From positions 90,584,001 to 90,648,000 of the forward strand of contig NC_045697.1 of assembly GCF_009834535.1 (NCBI RefSeq): a stretch of 64,000 nt of DNA, read 5' to 3'. The notes beneath the pieces were generated by a model. That model ran no database searches and was not told the origin of the DNA. It saw only the letters and a program-made list of their open reading frames with translations. Of this stretch, positions 14,434 through 28,574 are shown piece by piece; position 1 is the first letter of the stretch, and every line of letters starts with the position of its first letter. This DNA is from Camelus ferus. Lineage: Eukaryota. Position numbers and translations under genes: made by a program.

Positions 14434-15248
14434 TGAAGCTTGAAATTTTTATAAATGTCCAACTGCTATATGAACAGACCTAAATTAAATTTTCTCAAAC
14501 TCTTACAAACATGAAAAATAAATTTATCTTTTTCTCTGAATGTAGTTACCATAAGGTTTAGATTTGAAAACAAGACTTGTACCTACATATTTACAAATAC
14601 AATAAATATTTCTGGTTTCATTATATCTTAAGACATTTACACATGTGTAAAAGAGAAACAAAACTCAAAGAACCAAGTGTTTATGAGAGAAAAGTAATAC
14701 TGTGATGATTCCGTTTTGCAGTCGTTTGTCTCTTTTCTTATCTTCAGAAAGTAACCATATATCTTTTTAGAAAATATTCTAACATCAATTAGTTGACTTC
14801 CGGGTAAAAGCAAATTAAGTGTCAAGTGAATTTAAGTATTTTAATTTTTTAAAAGGTTGTTAAACACAGTATAAAACATATCTAAAAAATAATCAGACAA
14901 TACAGAACTGTATGTAGTGAAAAGTATGCTTCCCACCTCCTCTCCTGCTTCTCCGCCTTTCATTTTCAGAAGGTCAGTTCTTTCCTAATTTTGCCATATT
15001 CTCAGGCTAATGTTACTCAGAGGTGATCTTGCTTTATGCTAAAGTCCACCTGTTATAGACTTGTTATCATGAATATTTGATCTCTAGTTAAAAATACATT
15101 TATTTTCACTATGTCTTCACTTACTCCTATTTGAAACTGGAATATTTTAAGCCAACTGAAGAAGCACCTATAAAACTCTCAGAAATGTATTATGGGATGA
15201 CTGCTTTATATCACTAGTTGACTTTTATTCTCTGTGGTTAAATTCAAG

Positions 15249-15470
15249 GGTTACTTGATATGCAGTCATTTGCCTAAGGATGATCTTATTAATATTGCTG
15301 TATACTGTCGCCACCACTGCCTACTGCCTTTAGCAGCAAAACAGAGAATCGGTCAGTTGGTAATATGGAGAGAAGTGTTTCCCCTCTATCACCTCCAACC
15401 TTCTTCAGCCTCAAACACTGAAGTCTTTCAGGAACCTGAGGGGAGATATTTTTTGCTAATTGTTGGCTTG
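15249..15470 (+). CDS. INTU: INTU coding exon (222 bp)
   Basis: ttcaag acceptor, TTG|gtaagt; [13 protein letters not shown]...[13 protein letters not shown]. Confidence 0.93.
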
Positions 15471-16095
15471 GTAAGTTTACCTTAGTTTCTTTCTTGGGTT
15501 TGTTTTTCGTTTGCTTGTTTTCATCATTTACTGCCTAAATAAATACACAAACAGAAATGATAATTTAAAATTATGAGTATGTCAAATACTAGTATTCCAG
15601 AAAGTGTTACATGCGCTTCTTTCTTTTTTTTTTTTTTGCATCCATTTCATACTCATAGAGAAACATTAATGAAACCCAAGATAAGATTTTTAGCAGGTTA
15701 TTATGATCTTTTGTTCCCATTTCTATAAAATTAGAACTTTTATACTCTGGTTTGTTTTGGGAAATAGAGACATGAAAAGAATATAGAATCAGAAACAACA
15801 AATATGTGATTGTGAATGAAGGGACTATCAATGATTGAGGCTCTTTGAAAGCTACCTTAGGGAATTCTATGTGTCAAAAGTAGTAGCTGATGGTGTATCA
15901 GGATAAGGCAAAGTGAGATTAGATGTCAAGGGTGATCAAAAGCATTGCAATAACTAAGAAGGGGGGTAGTTTTTAATAAGCATCACGTGATTATGCCATA
16001 TGCTCATGTCTTTAGAATTCATAAATTTATACATGCATGTTACATACAAATTTTTAAATGTGGCTAAATCTATATTAATAATTGTTTTTGTATAG

Positions 16096-16575
16096 AGACA
16101 TTACCTGTTGTGTGTACTATTAGAAGCTGGAGGCTGTGCATCCAAAGCTATTGGGAATCCTGGACCAGACTGTATATACGTGGATCAGGTCAAAACAACT
16201 CTTCACCAGCTGGAAGGGGTAGATTCCCGCATAAATGAACAGCTAGCCTTTTCTCCGGGCCCCTGTTTGTCTTGTGCTGATTGGTTCCTTGCTGGATCAC
16301 ATGAAAAATTAGATAATTTGACAACTTCACCCATCCTCAATAGGCTACAAGGGACCTCCAAAGTAGCAACCTCTCCAACGTGCAGAAGAACTCTTTTTGG
16401 TGACTATTCCTTAAAGACACGTAAGCCCAGTCCTTCCCGAAGTGGAGGATCTGACAATGGTTATGAAGCTGGAGAAGGTGCTGGCTTGAGCCCCCACAGT
16501 ACACTGGACACAGTCCAGAAGCAAAGAGAATCTCAGGGATCTGATGGTTCAGAAGAAAGTGGGGCCTTGCTTAAG
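16096..16575 (+). CDS. INTU: INTU coding exon (480 bp)
   Basis: gtatag acceptor, AAG|gtgtgt; [20 protein letters not shown]...SEESGALLK. Confidence 0.95.
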
Positions 16576-17918
16576 GTGTGTGTTCCTTCAAGTGTGTACA
16601 TTCTGGGAGCTAAGCTGTCTCTCCAGTCCTTATTTTATAACTGCAGAATAATTTTTAATAGCAGATCATTCTTCATTTGAACTAGTGGTTGTTTTAGTCA
16701 CTATTGACAAACTAATGATTTAGGATCAAAAAGAGAAAGAAATACCAAGTGATAAAACATTAGCTAGAATGTGCTTAACAGCGTATATACTTGACAGTAA
16801 TTACAAGTAGGGAAACTCTCTAATCTTGCTTTCTGTGTTCATCTCTTTTTTCTCTATTCACAGTGATAACAAAGAACATCCTATTTCTGGGGCATTTGGG
16901 GACTGATCTGACTAAATAGCAAAGAAAATGTTCAGCAGAAACAAAAATAAAATCAAGAACTTAAAAAAAGTTATATCTATACATATATGAATATTTGTCC
17001 TATTTTTCCCATAGATGAGTATTTTTTTATCTGCAACTGTGAAAGTCTGCTCTCCATACTCAAGAATCCAACATGTGACAAATAAAACAAAGAAAATGTT
17101 CTTTTTTTAGATTATTGTTTTTCCATGTTTTTTCCCATGAAAATACCATAACATATCCAAATGATTATTAGAGTAATCACCCTAGTAGACTTTGTACTTA
17201 TTCTAGTGATGCTGCTCTTTCAAAACATTTTTGAAACTTAATTTGGGTGAATGAAGGTGATGCCAGACAAAGCATGAAGGATTCTGAGAAGGGGTACAAA
17301 TAAAACAGATTCTAAGTATTGTGGCATAGATGACCATAGATTTGGTCTCCTAATTCCAAAAAATAGAGCACTCTTGGAGCTCTAAGTGGGTGTATTTAGG
17401 AAGTACTCACACTGGTGGTACTCATAATCCCAGTCTGTGAAATTGATAGGAAATATAGTCTAAGAGGATTTGGATAGACTTAAGGAGCTCTTAAAAGAAA
17501 CTGTATTAATCTCTAAGATCCAGCCATTCAATAAATATTGATTGAACACCTACTGTGTACCAAGGGCCATGCTACACAAAGGAGATAAAAAGATGAATAA
17601 GATACAGCTCTCTGTTGAGAGGTGCGGTCTAGAGAAGGAGACAAGTATGCATACATATAAATTCTAACAAAACTTGGTAATGGCTTCATTATGGTGCTGG
17701 TAGGAGTTTACAGGGAGAACCGTCATGTCCTCCCATGACATGGCCCTGGGGTCACTTCTAGCAAAGGATAGGCCAAGAGGTACAAGTTAGCATTGAAAAT
17801 ATTTAAAGGAAACATTGCAAATAGTAAGTAGTTCTCTCAGAAGGATTTTTAGTTTTTACATTACTTCTGTTGATTCCATTCTTAGATAAAAACTGATTTA
17901 CTTAATGATACTTTTCAG

Positions 17919-18016
17919 ATCACTAAAAAGAAGTCTACCCTTCCAAATCCATTTCATTTGGGGAACTTGAAAAAGGACCTTTTGGAAAAAGAATTGGAAA
18001 TATATAACACAATGAA
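17919..18016 (+). CDS. INTU: INTU coding exon (98 bp)
   Basis: ttttcag acceptor, AA|gtaaga; [32 protein letters not shown]. Confidence 0.93.
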
Positions 18017-18965
18017 GTAAGAAACTTCCTTATATTTTAATTTTTCATTTAGCTTTGTGTCTTCAAGGAAATTTTACAGTGAAAAAGTATGATTCCATAC
18101 CAAATTGAGATTTTATTCAACAAGTGTAATTATGGTATCTCTTACATATGAAAGGTAATTGCTATGCTGTTTTTCTGTTTTTCATTACACATATAGGAAA
18201 CATACTCCTGTAAGAAATAAGAAACATACAAAGTAATACTTCAAAATGTGAAAGTCCCCATTTATCTTTCTTCCATAGGTGACTTCCCTTTTGTATGTCT
18301 AGTTTTTAACTTAGTTTGCTATTTTAGACTCCAGTGGATGCTGTGGTTGCTGCAATACTCCTTAGCCCCAGGTACTCATTCACAGTGCTTGAGAGTGATG
18401 GCTGCTAATGGCTCATAGCTGAGTCCCTCCCTTGGCCTTGTCCTACTTGGAAGTTAATTGACTCAACCAAGGTTACAGCCTCTCCCTCAGAGTAGCCCAC
18501 ACCTAATGACTAATAGTAAAAGTGTGATATAAACCAGTGTGGTATTAGGTATTATCCTAATCTGTAAGTACATATTTTTATAAAATAAAAGTATGTAATA
18601 TACTAAAAACAATAATATACAGAAAACATTTCATTCAGTAACCAAGTCCTATCCATTCTGTATTCTGATAATTCTTGAAACCATTGAGCCCCTAATGATC
18701 CTACCCTAGTTCAGGCTCCCATTCTCTCACCTGGTTGTATTGCAACTGGCTGCCAACTTCCAGCCTACCCTGAATCCATTCTCTGCTGTAGGAGTGACCT
18801 TTCTGAAGAACAAATCTGATTTAATCTGCTTTAAAAAACAAAACCAAACAAGTATTTGTCTTCCCTTTGGGTAATTGCTTGTCTGATGATTTTTATACTT
18901 TCAGTTTTTATACTGAGTAAGTTAATACACATGGTGTGAATTTATGGTTTTCAAATACCAGACCT

Positions 18966-19367
18966 AAGCCAGAAAGAGAAAGAAAAATACCATATGGTAT
19001 CATGCATATGTAGAATCTAAAAAAAAGAAAAAAAGAGGACACTAATGAACTTATCTACAAAACAGAAACAGATCTGCAGACATAGTAAACTATCTAATGG
19101 TTACTAGGGGAAAGAAGGTGGGAAGGGATAAATTTGGGAGTTTGAGATTTGCAAATGTTAGCCACTATATATAAAAATAGAATTTAAACAGATTTCTTCT
19201 ATATAGCACAGGGAACTATATTCAATACCTTGTTATAATCTTTAATGAAAAAGTATATGAAAACGAATATATGTATGTATATGCATGACTGGGACATTGT
19301 GCTGTACGTCAGAAATTGACATATTGTAACGGATTGTATTTCAATTAAAAAAAAAAAAAAAAAAAGA
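18966..19367 (+). mobile_element. 5'-truncated L1 3' end with poly(A) tail and TSD
   Basis: TSD accagacct at 18957-18965 and 19368-19376; highly similar to the copy ending at 44475. Confidence 0.88.
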
Positions 19368-20950
19368 ACCAGACCTGCTCATTGTGTTTTGGGGTTGTTT
19401 TGAGAGAAAATTAAAGAGGTTAACACAAATGTTAATTCTAAACTTCCCTAAACAGGAATCTTATTAATAGTTCTTTTTTAAAAAATCATTTCTGTTCTGT
19501 ACCTTATCTTGAATTTGAAAACCTCGAGTTTAAAATGTATGTTTTAAATTATTTTCTTTTTTGAATAATTATAATTTTTTCATCTTGAGTATTTTTTACT
19601 TGATTGAAAAAACATCAGGCACTAGTTGTTAATGAGCCAGCCATCCTATGGAAAAGTCTGAGAAAAATTTGTAGATGATCTCCTTCTCTGCCTATTCCTT
19701 GTCTCTAAAGAGAACTAAGACTTAGAAGTCAGTGATAAGAAGTTATTCTGATCTTGCTGCCTAATTAGTTTAACAGCATTTTGACTAGCATGGATAATCG
19801 AAGTGGTATTTAGGCTAAGAGCTGAAATAGGCCTTTGCTTTGCCTCTGTGCTGTGGCTGGAAAAAAAAAAATCAACTGAATGAATTTTTTTAATAGACAT
19901 TAGAATGAGAATGGGACAGCTTGAGTGCTTGAGATGTGGATGGGGAATTGCTCTTCAGGTATTTAAAGACTGCCAATCAGGAAAGAGCAAGGGGTAGCCG
20001 AATAGGCTTCAGAGTCACCTAAGCTCTGATACTTAGCTAGGTGACCTCAGACAAGGTAATTTAAGTCCTCTGAAAATTGATATCCTCATGGTTAAAATGA
20101 GGACAGTAACATTTAATATCTTACAGGATCATTATAAGAATTAAAACTAAGGTAATTCAAAGCACCTATGTTGGCACATAGAGGGCATTCGGTATATGAT
20201 AGCTACTATTTCATTGTTGCTATCATTGCTGTCCTTTAGCTTTTCTTACTACTGGTGGAAATAAGCAGTATTTGTAGGTTCTGCTGGCCCATCGCAGATC
20301 TCAATAAGGGAAGAAAGGATGGAGAAAAAGAATGGAGAAATGAGAATAGTAAGAGAACACAGAATACAATGATGAGAAACAGTAGAATGCTGCTAGTCAT
20401 TGCCATGGTAATCTAGACTACTAACCCAGCTTTGCAGTTGGTAATAATAATTTTATTTTTCTTTAGGATGATCAGTTTGACAGTTATGGTAAAAGACTTA
20501 AATGCTACTAACTAAAATGTTTAGTTTGTTTGAAGGTGTTTTTATGTGTGGTCCACCCTAGACTGATACCTTGTTTATGGCTTGTAGATATCTGGGTCAG
20601 ACATGGGCTAAGCTATTCATTACCAACCATGGAAAAAGAGAGGTTTAGCCAGTTTGGGTTGTCTAGCAAAGGGACGATTAAGTTACTTGCAAATGAATTG
20701 GTGTTTGTTTATCCTTGCATAACATGTAGAATTTGCTTCAATTAAGGGAATTGATAATAACCCTAGCTTGTATTTCAGATAAGAAGGAAGAAGGAATTAA
20801 ATGTTTGGCCTAGTTTCCCTTCCCTAATTATACTCCTAATATTATATTGTAGTTTAAAGTTTTTTAGAAGTCCACAAAATTCAAAATGAAGAAACTTTTT
20901 CAAGTTTACTTAAATATCTTTTTCTTTTCTTTTTGTTTTTTCTTTCCAAG

Positions 20951-21140
20951 ATTGACATCTGGTCCTGAGAACACACTTTTCCACTATGTTGCCTTAGAAA
21001 CAGTGCAAGGGATCTTTATTACTCCTACCCATGAAGAAGTGGCACAGTTGGGTGGCTCTATCCACCCTCAGCTAATAAAGAATTTCCATCAGTGTTGTCT
21101 CACCATTCGTGCAATTTTCCAACAGACGTTGGTTGAAGAG
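20951..21140 (+). CDS. INTU: INTU coding exon (190 bp)
   Basis: long polypyrimidine tract + ccaag, GAG|gtaggg; [25 protein letters not shown]...FQQTLVEE. Confidence 0.95.
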
Positions 21141-22129
21141 GTAGGGCACTCCCTAAATATTCTGTCTAAACTCTTTAATCAATATGTCCCCCAATCACTG
21201 TTTTCATTTAATTTTTTTTAACAGTCACCCAGTCTAACTTGAATGATAAGATTATACTCACAGTACTTAACTTCAAAGCTTTATTTCATAATTCTGAATC
21301 TGATGTCCCAGATTACTATTTCAGAAAATGGTTGACCTGTGTTTTTCCATAGCAAATTTGAATATAGTTGTTTGTAATGTAAATGTGCCTCCCATATTTG
21401 ATATCTGTAACTCAACTATTACTTGGAAAGTTGTCACTACCTGTGGGTGACTGATAATTCTTTAAGTATTCAACCAGCAGTACAAGGTATTTTGGAACAT
21501 AATTGGACACGTACAGCAGTAGACACAGAACTGTAGTATAATGTTGGTTGGTTGGTTGCTTGCTTCTCGATCCAGGATAAAGTTTCATTTAATATTGTAC
21601 CTTCTAGATAAGTTGTAATGTTGTATACAATTAAAATAGCAATTGTTTTAATAGCATGGAAAGTGAGTGTTGATTTCTTGAAAAGGATAAACATGCAGAA
21701 GTCTATTTGTGACTGGTGAAACATCATACAGCCCCCCTCCCAAAAAATACTCCCTGAAGATGACTGTAACGTATCTAGCAATACATCTGCTAAGGATGCT
21801 AAATTTGTGAAGAACTTAGGTTCAAAGGTGGAAGAACACTGGGCTGGGAATAAGGAATCCCAGACTGAGCCTCAACTCTTCCTCCTTCACCAGCTATAAA
21901 GTGAATGAGCTGAATTATATCATCTCTTAGGACTCATTCAGCAGTAAAATTCTGTGTCCTTCTTCGAGCTATCAGAAATTGGTATTCAGCAAAATGTGGT
22001 TTGGCCACATATCCTTACGTGCTTTGTGTTCTGAGGCTCCTCCGTTCCATTTTAACATACTGAAAGATTCTATAAGGTACATTTCACTAACTTACTCAGT
22101 AGTATTTAGTAATATAAATTAGCCTTCCC

Positions 22130-22860
22130 CATATTGTTTAAATATTGAGGTACGTACTATGCACTAAATACTATTTTAGACACTGGGATACAGCAGTGAA
22201 CAAATCTCTCTCCTCATGAAGCCGATATTCTAATAGGGGAGGCTACTGAATAGCAAGGAGTGTAATATATCAGGTAGGATAAGTTTCAAGAGGAATGATA
22301 AAATGGGAAGGATGAGAGGTGGAAGTTATTATTTTGAAAGATCCCTCTGATTGTGTCAAGTAATATTTGAACAGAGAACTGAATGAAATAAGGGACTGAG
22401 CCATGTGGCAAATCCAGAGGCAGAGCTTCCAGACATAACAAATAGCAAGTACAAAGCCACAGAGGGAGGAGTGGCAGCAAAAGCGCCGGAGCAGGCTGGG
22501 TGGGGAGGAGAGTGCTAAGAGTTGAGACCGTAAAAGTAGCAGGGCCAGACCATGCGTAAGGACATGCTAAAGGACTGTGGCCCTTGTTCTGAAGAGGATA
22601 GAAGGTTCCCAGAGCACAGCAGGGACATACATCATCCTTAGTTTTGAAAGGATCATTTAGGCTACTGTGGAAGAGAACAGGTTCGCAGGGTAACAAGGGT
22701 GGAGGCAGGGACCAGTTAGGAGCTATGGAAATTCTCAAAGCAAGAAATGACAGTGGATTCTGGATTCTGGATATATTTTGAAGGATGAGCCAAAAGGGTT
22801 TGCTGATGACTTAGATGAAGATTTTGAGAGAAAGAGAAGACTGGAGGATCACGCCACTGG
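22130..22860 (-). mobile_element. L2 LINE fragment; boundaries approximate
   Basis: L2-like motifs (gacactgggatacagcagtgaacaaa; ggattctggatatattttgaagg). Confidence 0.65.
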
Positions 22861-23424
22861 CCTGAGTCTTACAGAAGGTCTTTATATTCCAAATGAGTCA
22901 CTGGCTTGTTAATGATTTAATCAGTGGGAAACTGAGAATGCTTCAGAGAAAGAGACAATACAGCTTTAAGTATAGGTGTTTTTAAGTTTATTACATTTCA
23001 TCTATTCATTTAGTAACTGATTAGTCATTTATTCATTAAGCACCTACTAAGTACAAAGCACTGCTGTTTTCAAAAAATACAAAGATGAATAGCATATTGT
23101 CTCTGACTTGGAAAAAAATGATTATAATGTCCTGGGGAAGATAAACCTATAAATTACTAATATATTGTAAATATTAATAATGTAGGGCTGTGAAATAAAT
23201 GTTACCTTGGAGAGTCAAGAGACACTTTATCTATGAAGTCTCTTTTAGGAGATGATACTTAAAGCAAGTACAAGGAAGAGTAGAAATTTTCCTGCAGATA
23301 AGAAGAAGAATCATTGCAGGCACTTAAAAGTATTAGGATCAACAATTCAAATCTATATATGAAAACATTTTAAAGTCGACACTATTAATACCAGTTAATA
23401 CTAATAATATCTATTAATTTACAG

Positions 23425-23582
23425 AAAAAGAAAGCACTAAATGGTGGAGATCATTCAGGTTCTACAAATTCAGTGTCTTCTCTTAAGCCTGTGAAAGAAC
23501 ATGGTGTGTTGTTTGAATGCTCACCTGAAAACTGGACTGATCAGAGAAAAGCACCACCAGTTATGGCTTACTGGGTAGTAGG
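23425..23582 (+). CDS. INTU: INTU coding exon (158 bp)
   Basis: ttacag acceptor, GG|gtaagt; [13 protein letters not shown]...[28 protein letters not shown]. Confidence 0.94.
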
Positions 23583-25562
23583 GTAAGTGGAAAAAAGTAT
23601 TTAAAAGTTTTAGAAAAGTGTTAAAGAGGATAAGGATTTTAAGTTGTAGGCATGGAATTATTAGCCTGACAATAATATTTTAATGTATTTTAGAATTTTA
23701 TTTTATTTACTAAGTTATCTCCTTTAAATTCTTCCCAAGTCTTTTTCTATCTAAAAAAAAAAAACCCCACAAAACTTATTTGGTTATCTTACAAAATTGT
23801 ATTTCTAATACACTGACAGGAAATGAAATGATTCTACACTTTTATGGCTATTTCCTTCCCTCTGACCCTACTTCTTTTCTTCCCTCTCTCATTTCCTCCC
23901 CACTTCCATTCCCCTCTCCTCTCCCACCCCCGAACCAACTACAAGACCCTGCCCTACCTGGCCTCTTCCCATCTCTGTTTCTACCCACTGTCACTCTCCC
24001 CCTTATCCACTGTGCCTTGCCACATTGGCACCAGTCAAATCCTGTTCCTGCCATTCCTTCTGTGTAGGATGTTCTACTTCTTAACCTTTGCATATCTGGC
24101 TCCTTGATATTCAGACCAGTGCTAACATGTCATCTCTTGTCAAACAGACAATCCATAATCCATTTGTTTATGGTCTTTCTCCCCCTCACTAGAATTTCAG
24201 CTTTGGGAAGTCAGGAATTTAATGACTCGTCCACCACTGGCACCTGCAACAGCACCTGGCACACAGTCACTTGATAAACATGTTAGGATTTAAATGGAGC
24301 TGTGCTTGGCAAAACGTGGTGGTGGGTAGCAAATTGGCAAATGCAAAGATAAAGACACAGTCATTGCATCTAATGGTCTTACATCTAGCAGAAGAAATAC
24401 AAAACATGCTAAAATATCTATTTATGGATATATAATCTGTGGGGAGATAGAAAGAGATACACAGATAGAAAGCAAGCTTGCTATACATAATAAATTAGGC
24501 AATTCAACCAAATGCTCTGGGAATTCTGAGGAGAGGGGTGGAATCTAAGCTGGTATTACAAAGAAAGGCTTAGGGATTCCATTTGATCTGGTTTAGAAAA
24601 TGAATTAGATTTGGATAGAGCATTCTAGGAAAAGGATGGGATGAATAAAGATCCAAACAAAGGAAATCATAAGGCATGGCAGTGAATACACTGGTTTGCA
24701 GGACGATAGAGGAATGGCATATACAATGATGAAGTGAAAGATCAAGCTGAAAAGCTAAGTTAGGACCATTGCAGACAGCCTTCAACTCCTAACTAAGGAA
24801 TTGAATTCTGAGGGAAATATTGAGCCACTGAAGGTTGAGATGGGATAGAGAATTGGTGGAAGGAGCACAGAGTTAGGTGGGGCTAATGTTATTGGACACC
24901 CACCATGTACTGCTAAATTGCATGACAAAAACTTTACAAATGATATCCAGAGTAGTAATTCCCATGTGCTGGGCCATGGAATTTAGAATCACCCAAGTCA
25001 CTTATTAAAATCAGAGATGCCTGCACCCCACCTGAGACCTCCTGAACCAGAATTCACGAGAGTGGGACTCCGTGTTTTTAGTAAGCCTCCTTGTGATTCT
25101 GATGTGTAACCAACCAAGCTTGGGAGCATCAGCATGTTCTCAACTCAGTGTAGTGTGATCAGAACTGTGCTATTGGAAGATTTAAGCTGGGAGCCCCAAA
25201 TGGAATGGTGTGGGCACAAGACTGAACAGAGATAAGAGACGAGTTAAGCACACATGAACATGTGCAGTAGAGCCTTAACTACATTCACAATTGGAATTGA
25301 TAGAATCAATAGGTGTTGAATTATGAGGCTGATCGATGTAGAATAGAGAAATTTAAGGAAGTCAGGCAGAACTACTCCTGATTTAAATAGTTTGATTTGT
25401 ATACATTAGCAATTGATTGAATAGATTAAAAATTTAACTCTCTTAAGATTAATCTTTAGATTAGTGGTCTTTTAATTTACTACTGATTCTTTTAGAAACA
25501 AAAACAAAATTAAATTAAATAAATTGAAGAGTTGTGGGTTTTTTTGTTTTGGGGATTTCTGA

Positions 25563-25700
<138 letters not shown>

Positions 25701-28568
25701 CTGTGTTTTCTTGATGCACAACAAAACTGTGCACAGACTATCAAGCAGTATTAGAATTGCTGAAGTCTACTCACAAAGAGAGAAGGTTTAACTTCTTTTC
25801 ACTATTCAATACTGAACATAATATTATTAAAGACTAAGATGATATGCTGCTGGATTTCATGCACTAAATCTTATTGTGAGACTTTTGAAGAAGATACTTG
25901 ATCAAAATATGAAGAAGGGATCGTTAACTTATTTCCATTTTGGTATATAACATTAATTTATTTCCTAGTTTGAAATAATGTGACATGTTTTATGTAAAAT
26001 TAATATAGGAATGTTTATCTTGGAAAAAATACACAGTTCAAAAAATATACAGTTCACTGTGTATTTTTCTCAAGACTAATACTGATATCTGGCAAAACAA
26101 TCATGAAATTGAGAGGAAACCACGTTCTGTAACTAATTAGTGATGTGATTATGAACAAGTTTTTGTACCTCTCTGAGCTGAGAGTTTTCATGTACAAATG
26201 AGATGATTCCTTTGAGGTGTCTAGAGTCCCTCTTAAGTAAAATGTAATTTTTTCTCTCTTGCCTGTAGGTCAGTACCTAAATTTGTAATGTCCAAGTACT
26301 GATTTCTTCTGAGACTTTTTCTTAGATACTTTTCTTTAGCTTAAGTGTTTCAGGATACCTCACTGGGAGGAAGAGAGGAGTGAAAAATTAAACTTATTTT
26401 TTAATTTATTTGATTTTCTTTACTCTTTCAGGTCAGCTCTATTTTGACTAGGATATATTTTTCAAACTATTTGTCCATAAACTTTCATTGTTTTTCTCTT
26501 TGTTGAAATGTATTCAGGTATATACACATACATTTTATACAAGTTCATTAATTTTAGGAAAGTTATATGTAAACCTTTTTTTAAAACCTAAACTAGTCAT
26601 GTTGAAAACACTGAAAAAGTTGACTAAAGAAATCCTATGGTTACTTCTTTTGTTAAATACTAATTTTTGCCTTACAAATATGGATCATTGTGTATTGAGT
26701 TTTCTCAAAGGGGGGACACTTTAATGAACAATAGTTTACTTGACCTTGAGTAAGGAAAGAAAACTAATGGGATGAGAATTTTCTTTGGCTGTCAGAATTT
26801 GGTGGATTGACAGAAAGGAAGAACTTAATTTGTAATTGACACACAGTGGATTCTCCTGAAGTCTCAGATGCCCCCAAGGCTTTATAATATTGGGTTCTTC
26901 TTCAGGGCATAAGCTTTGGAAGGCAAATTATGCCAGCACATCTAAAGTCAGCTTCTGCATTTCCCCTACCTCAGACATGAGCCCTCCAGCTTAGTCAGAA
27001 CTCACAACAAAACGTAGTGGGTGTACCATTTGAAACATTTGGTCTTATAAGAAACACTATTATCCGTCTTCCATCAGTTTAAGAGATTTTCACCCAGGCG
27101 TTTAAGATGCAGAGCATTATACTTGTGTCATTAGTGTCTTATGGGCCTTAATTTTGGCATTCAAAACAGGGCAAGAAACTTTGATTCTTGAAATATAGAA
27201 AATGGATTGAAATATCTTCCCCTTAAGATTAAAATATTGGTCAAATGGTAGACTCTTTACTACTATCTTAGAACTACCTGTGTACATATATGGGTATTAA
27301 GATACTCTTGTTTAAAAGTATTAGGAAATGCCTTAAATTTCTTGATATATCCCCCAAACACAATGAGCTATTTTTAATACTGAGAATTACTCTTCAATGG
27401 ACTTTATTGATCACCTCCAGATTTTCAGGCAGACTGAACTAAGACTTGGGGTTCTATCATCTTTTTCTCTTTCATTTAATGAAATTTTGATGTGTTAAAC
27501 CACTTTCCTGGTGTTAAAGAAACATGAGACCACCATATATTAACAAATAAAAAGACAAAGCAGACTACTGATCTTAATACAGGCAAAGTCATTTGCTATA
27601 TTGTAGATATGCACTGTAATGTCCATGTTGCAGAGATACTGCATATTTAAGAAATAAAAACAAACATTATCTTGGTTTTTTTCTCTAAATGGATATCAAA
27701 GTAAGCAGCATAAGTAAACTTAGCTGCCTGTTTTTCCATATAGGTTCAGATTCGAATCTGAAAGTCGATCAATCTGACTGTTGGATAGTAAGTGCCTGTC
27801 ACTTTATTAAATAAAGGAGGGCAAAGAATGCTTTAGCAGATACAGAAACATTCTTAACTTGGATTTTATTAACATCCCAGCAAATGCTCTTTTTCACCAG
27901 ACTGTAATGCAAAAGACTGTATGTCTTACCACTAGCATATATTTTTAGCACCTCCAAATTACATTTTAGATTCTAACCCCTACCCCAATTTTCTCTTTCT
28001 CTTTCTTTCATTTCTTTTTGTCAGATTAGAGAAAGGAGTGTTTCTTGTTTGTGCCAAGGGACCCCTGATGATGATGCATACTCACAAGATAGTAAATTTG
28101 CAGTGCCTGCTTTTTTATATTTCTAATACAAATGGGAAAAGCTATGAAACCAATTTACTAGGTTTGTCTACTTTGAGCATTCTTGAAAATAATATTGTGA
28201 ATAATTATTTGTTGTCTGTGTGACTTCTGTCTAAATAGTGCCTGGCACATGTTATGTGCTGTAAAAGGGTTAGCTACTGCTACTACTACCACCGTTTTTT
28301 ATTATTAAATATCCATTGGTTGAAAACCATGAAGTCAGCTAAATCATACCGGCTACTGTACAAAATGTTGCAAAGCTAAGAAAAAGTATTCAGCACTAAA
28401 CACTTTTAAAACAAGGATTTATACTTTGGATATTTTAATATATATTATTAAATGTTACTAAAACTTCAACCTCTACACTAAACTGCGTGGAAATAATTTA
28501 ATTTTGCAGAGTTGTACTTCTACATTCTATATAATTAAAGCTATTTTTATACTCTATTAATAGTTTTT

Positions 28569-28574
28569 AATAAA
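28569..28574 (+). terminator. INTU: Candidate distal polyadenylation signal of INTU
   Basis: AATAAA followed by a GT/T-rich downstream element (ggtttgtttgcagttgtgttgccttttt); other AATAAA hexamers occur near 27546, 27653 and 27810. Confidence 0.5.

Noticed and set aside
23780..24107. Three overlapping Pro/Leu-rich or Gly-rich ORFs
   Set aside because: Low-complexity pyrimidine tract next to L2-like sequence in an INTU intron
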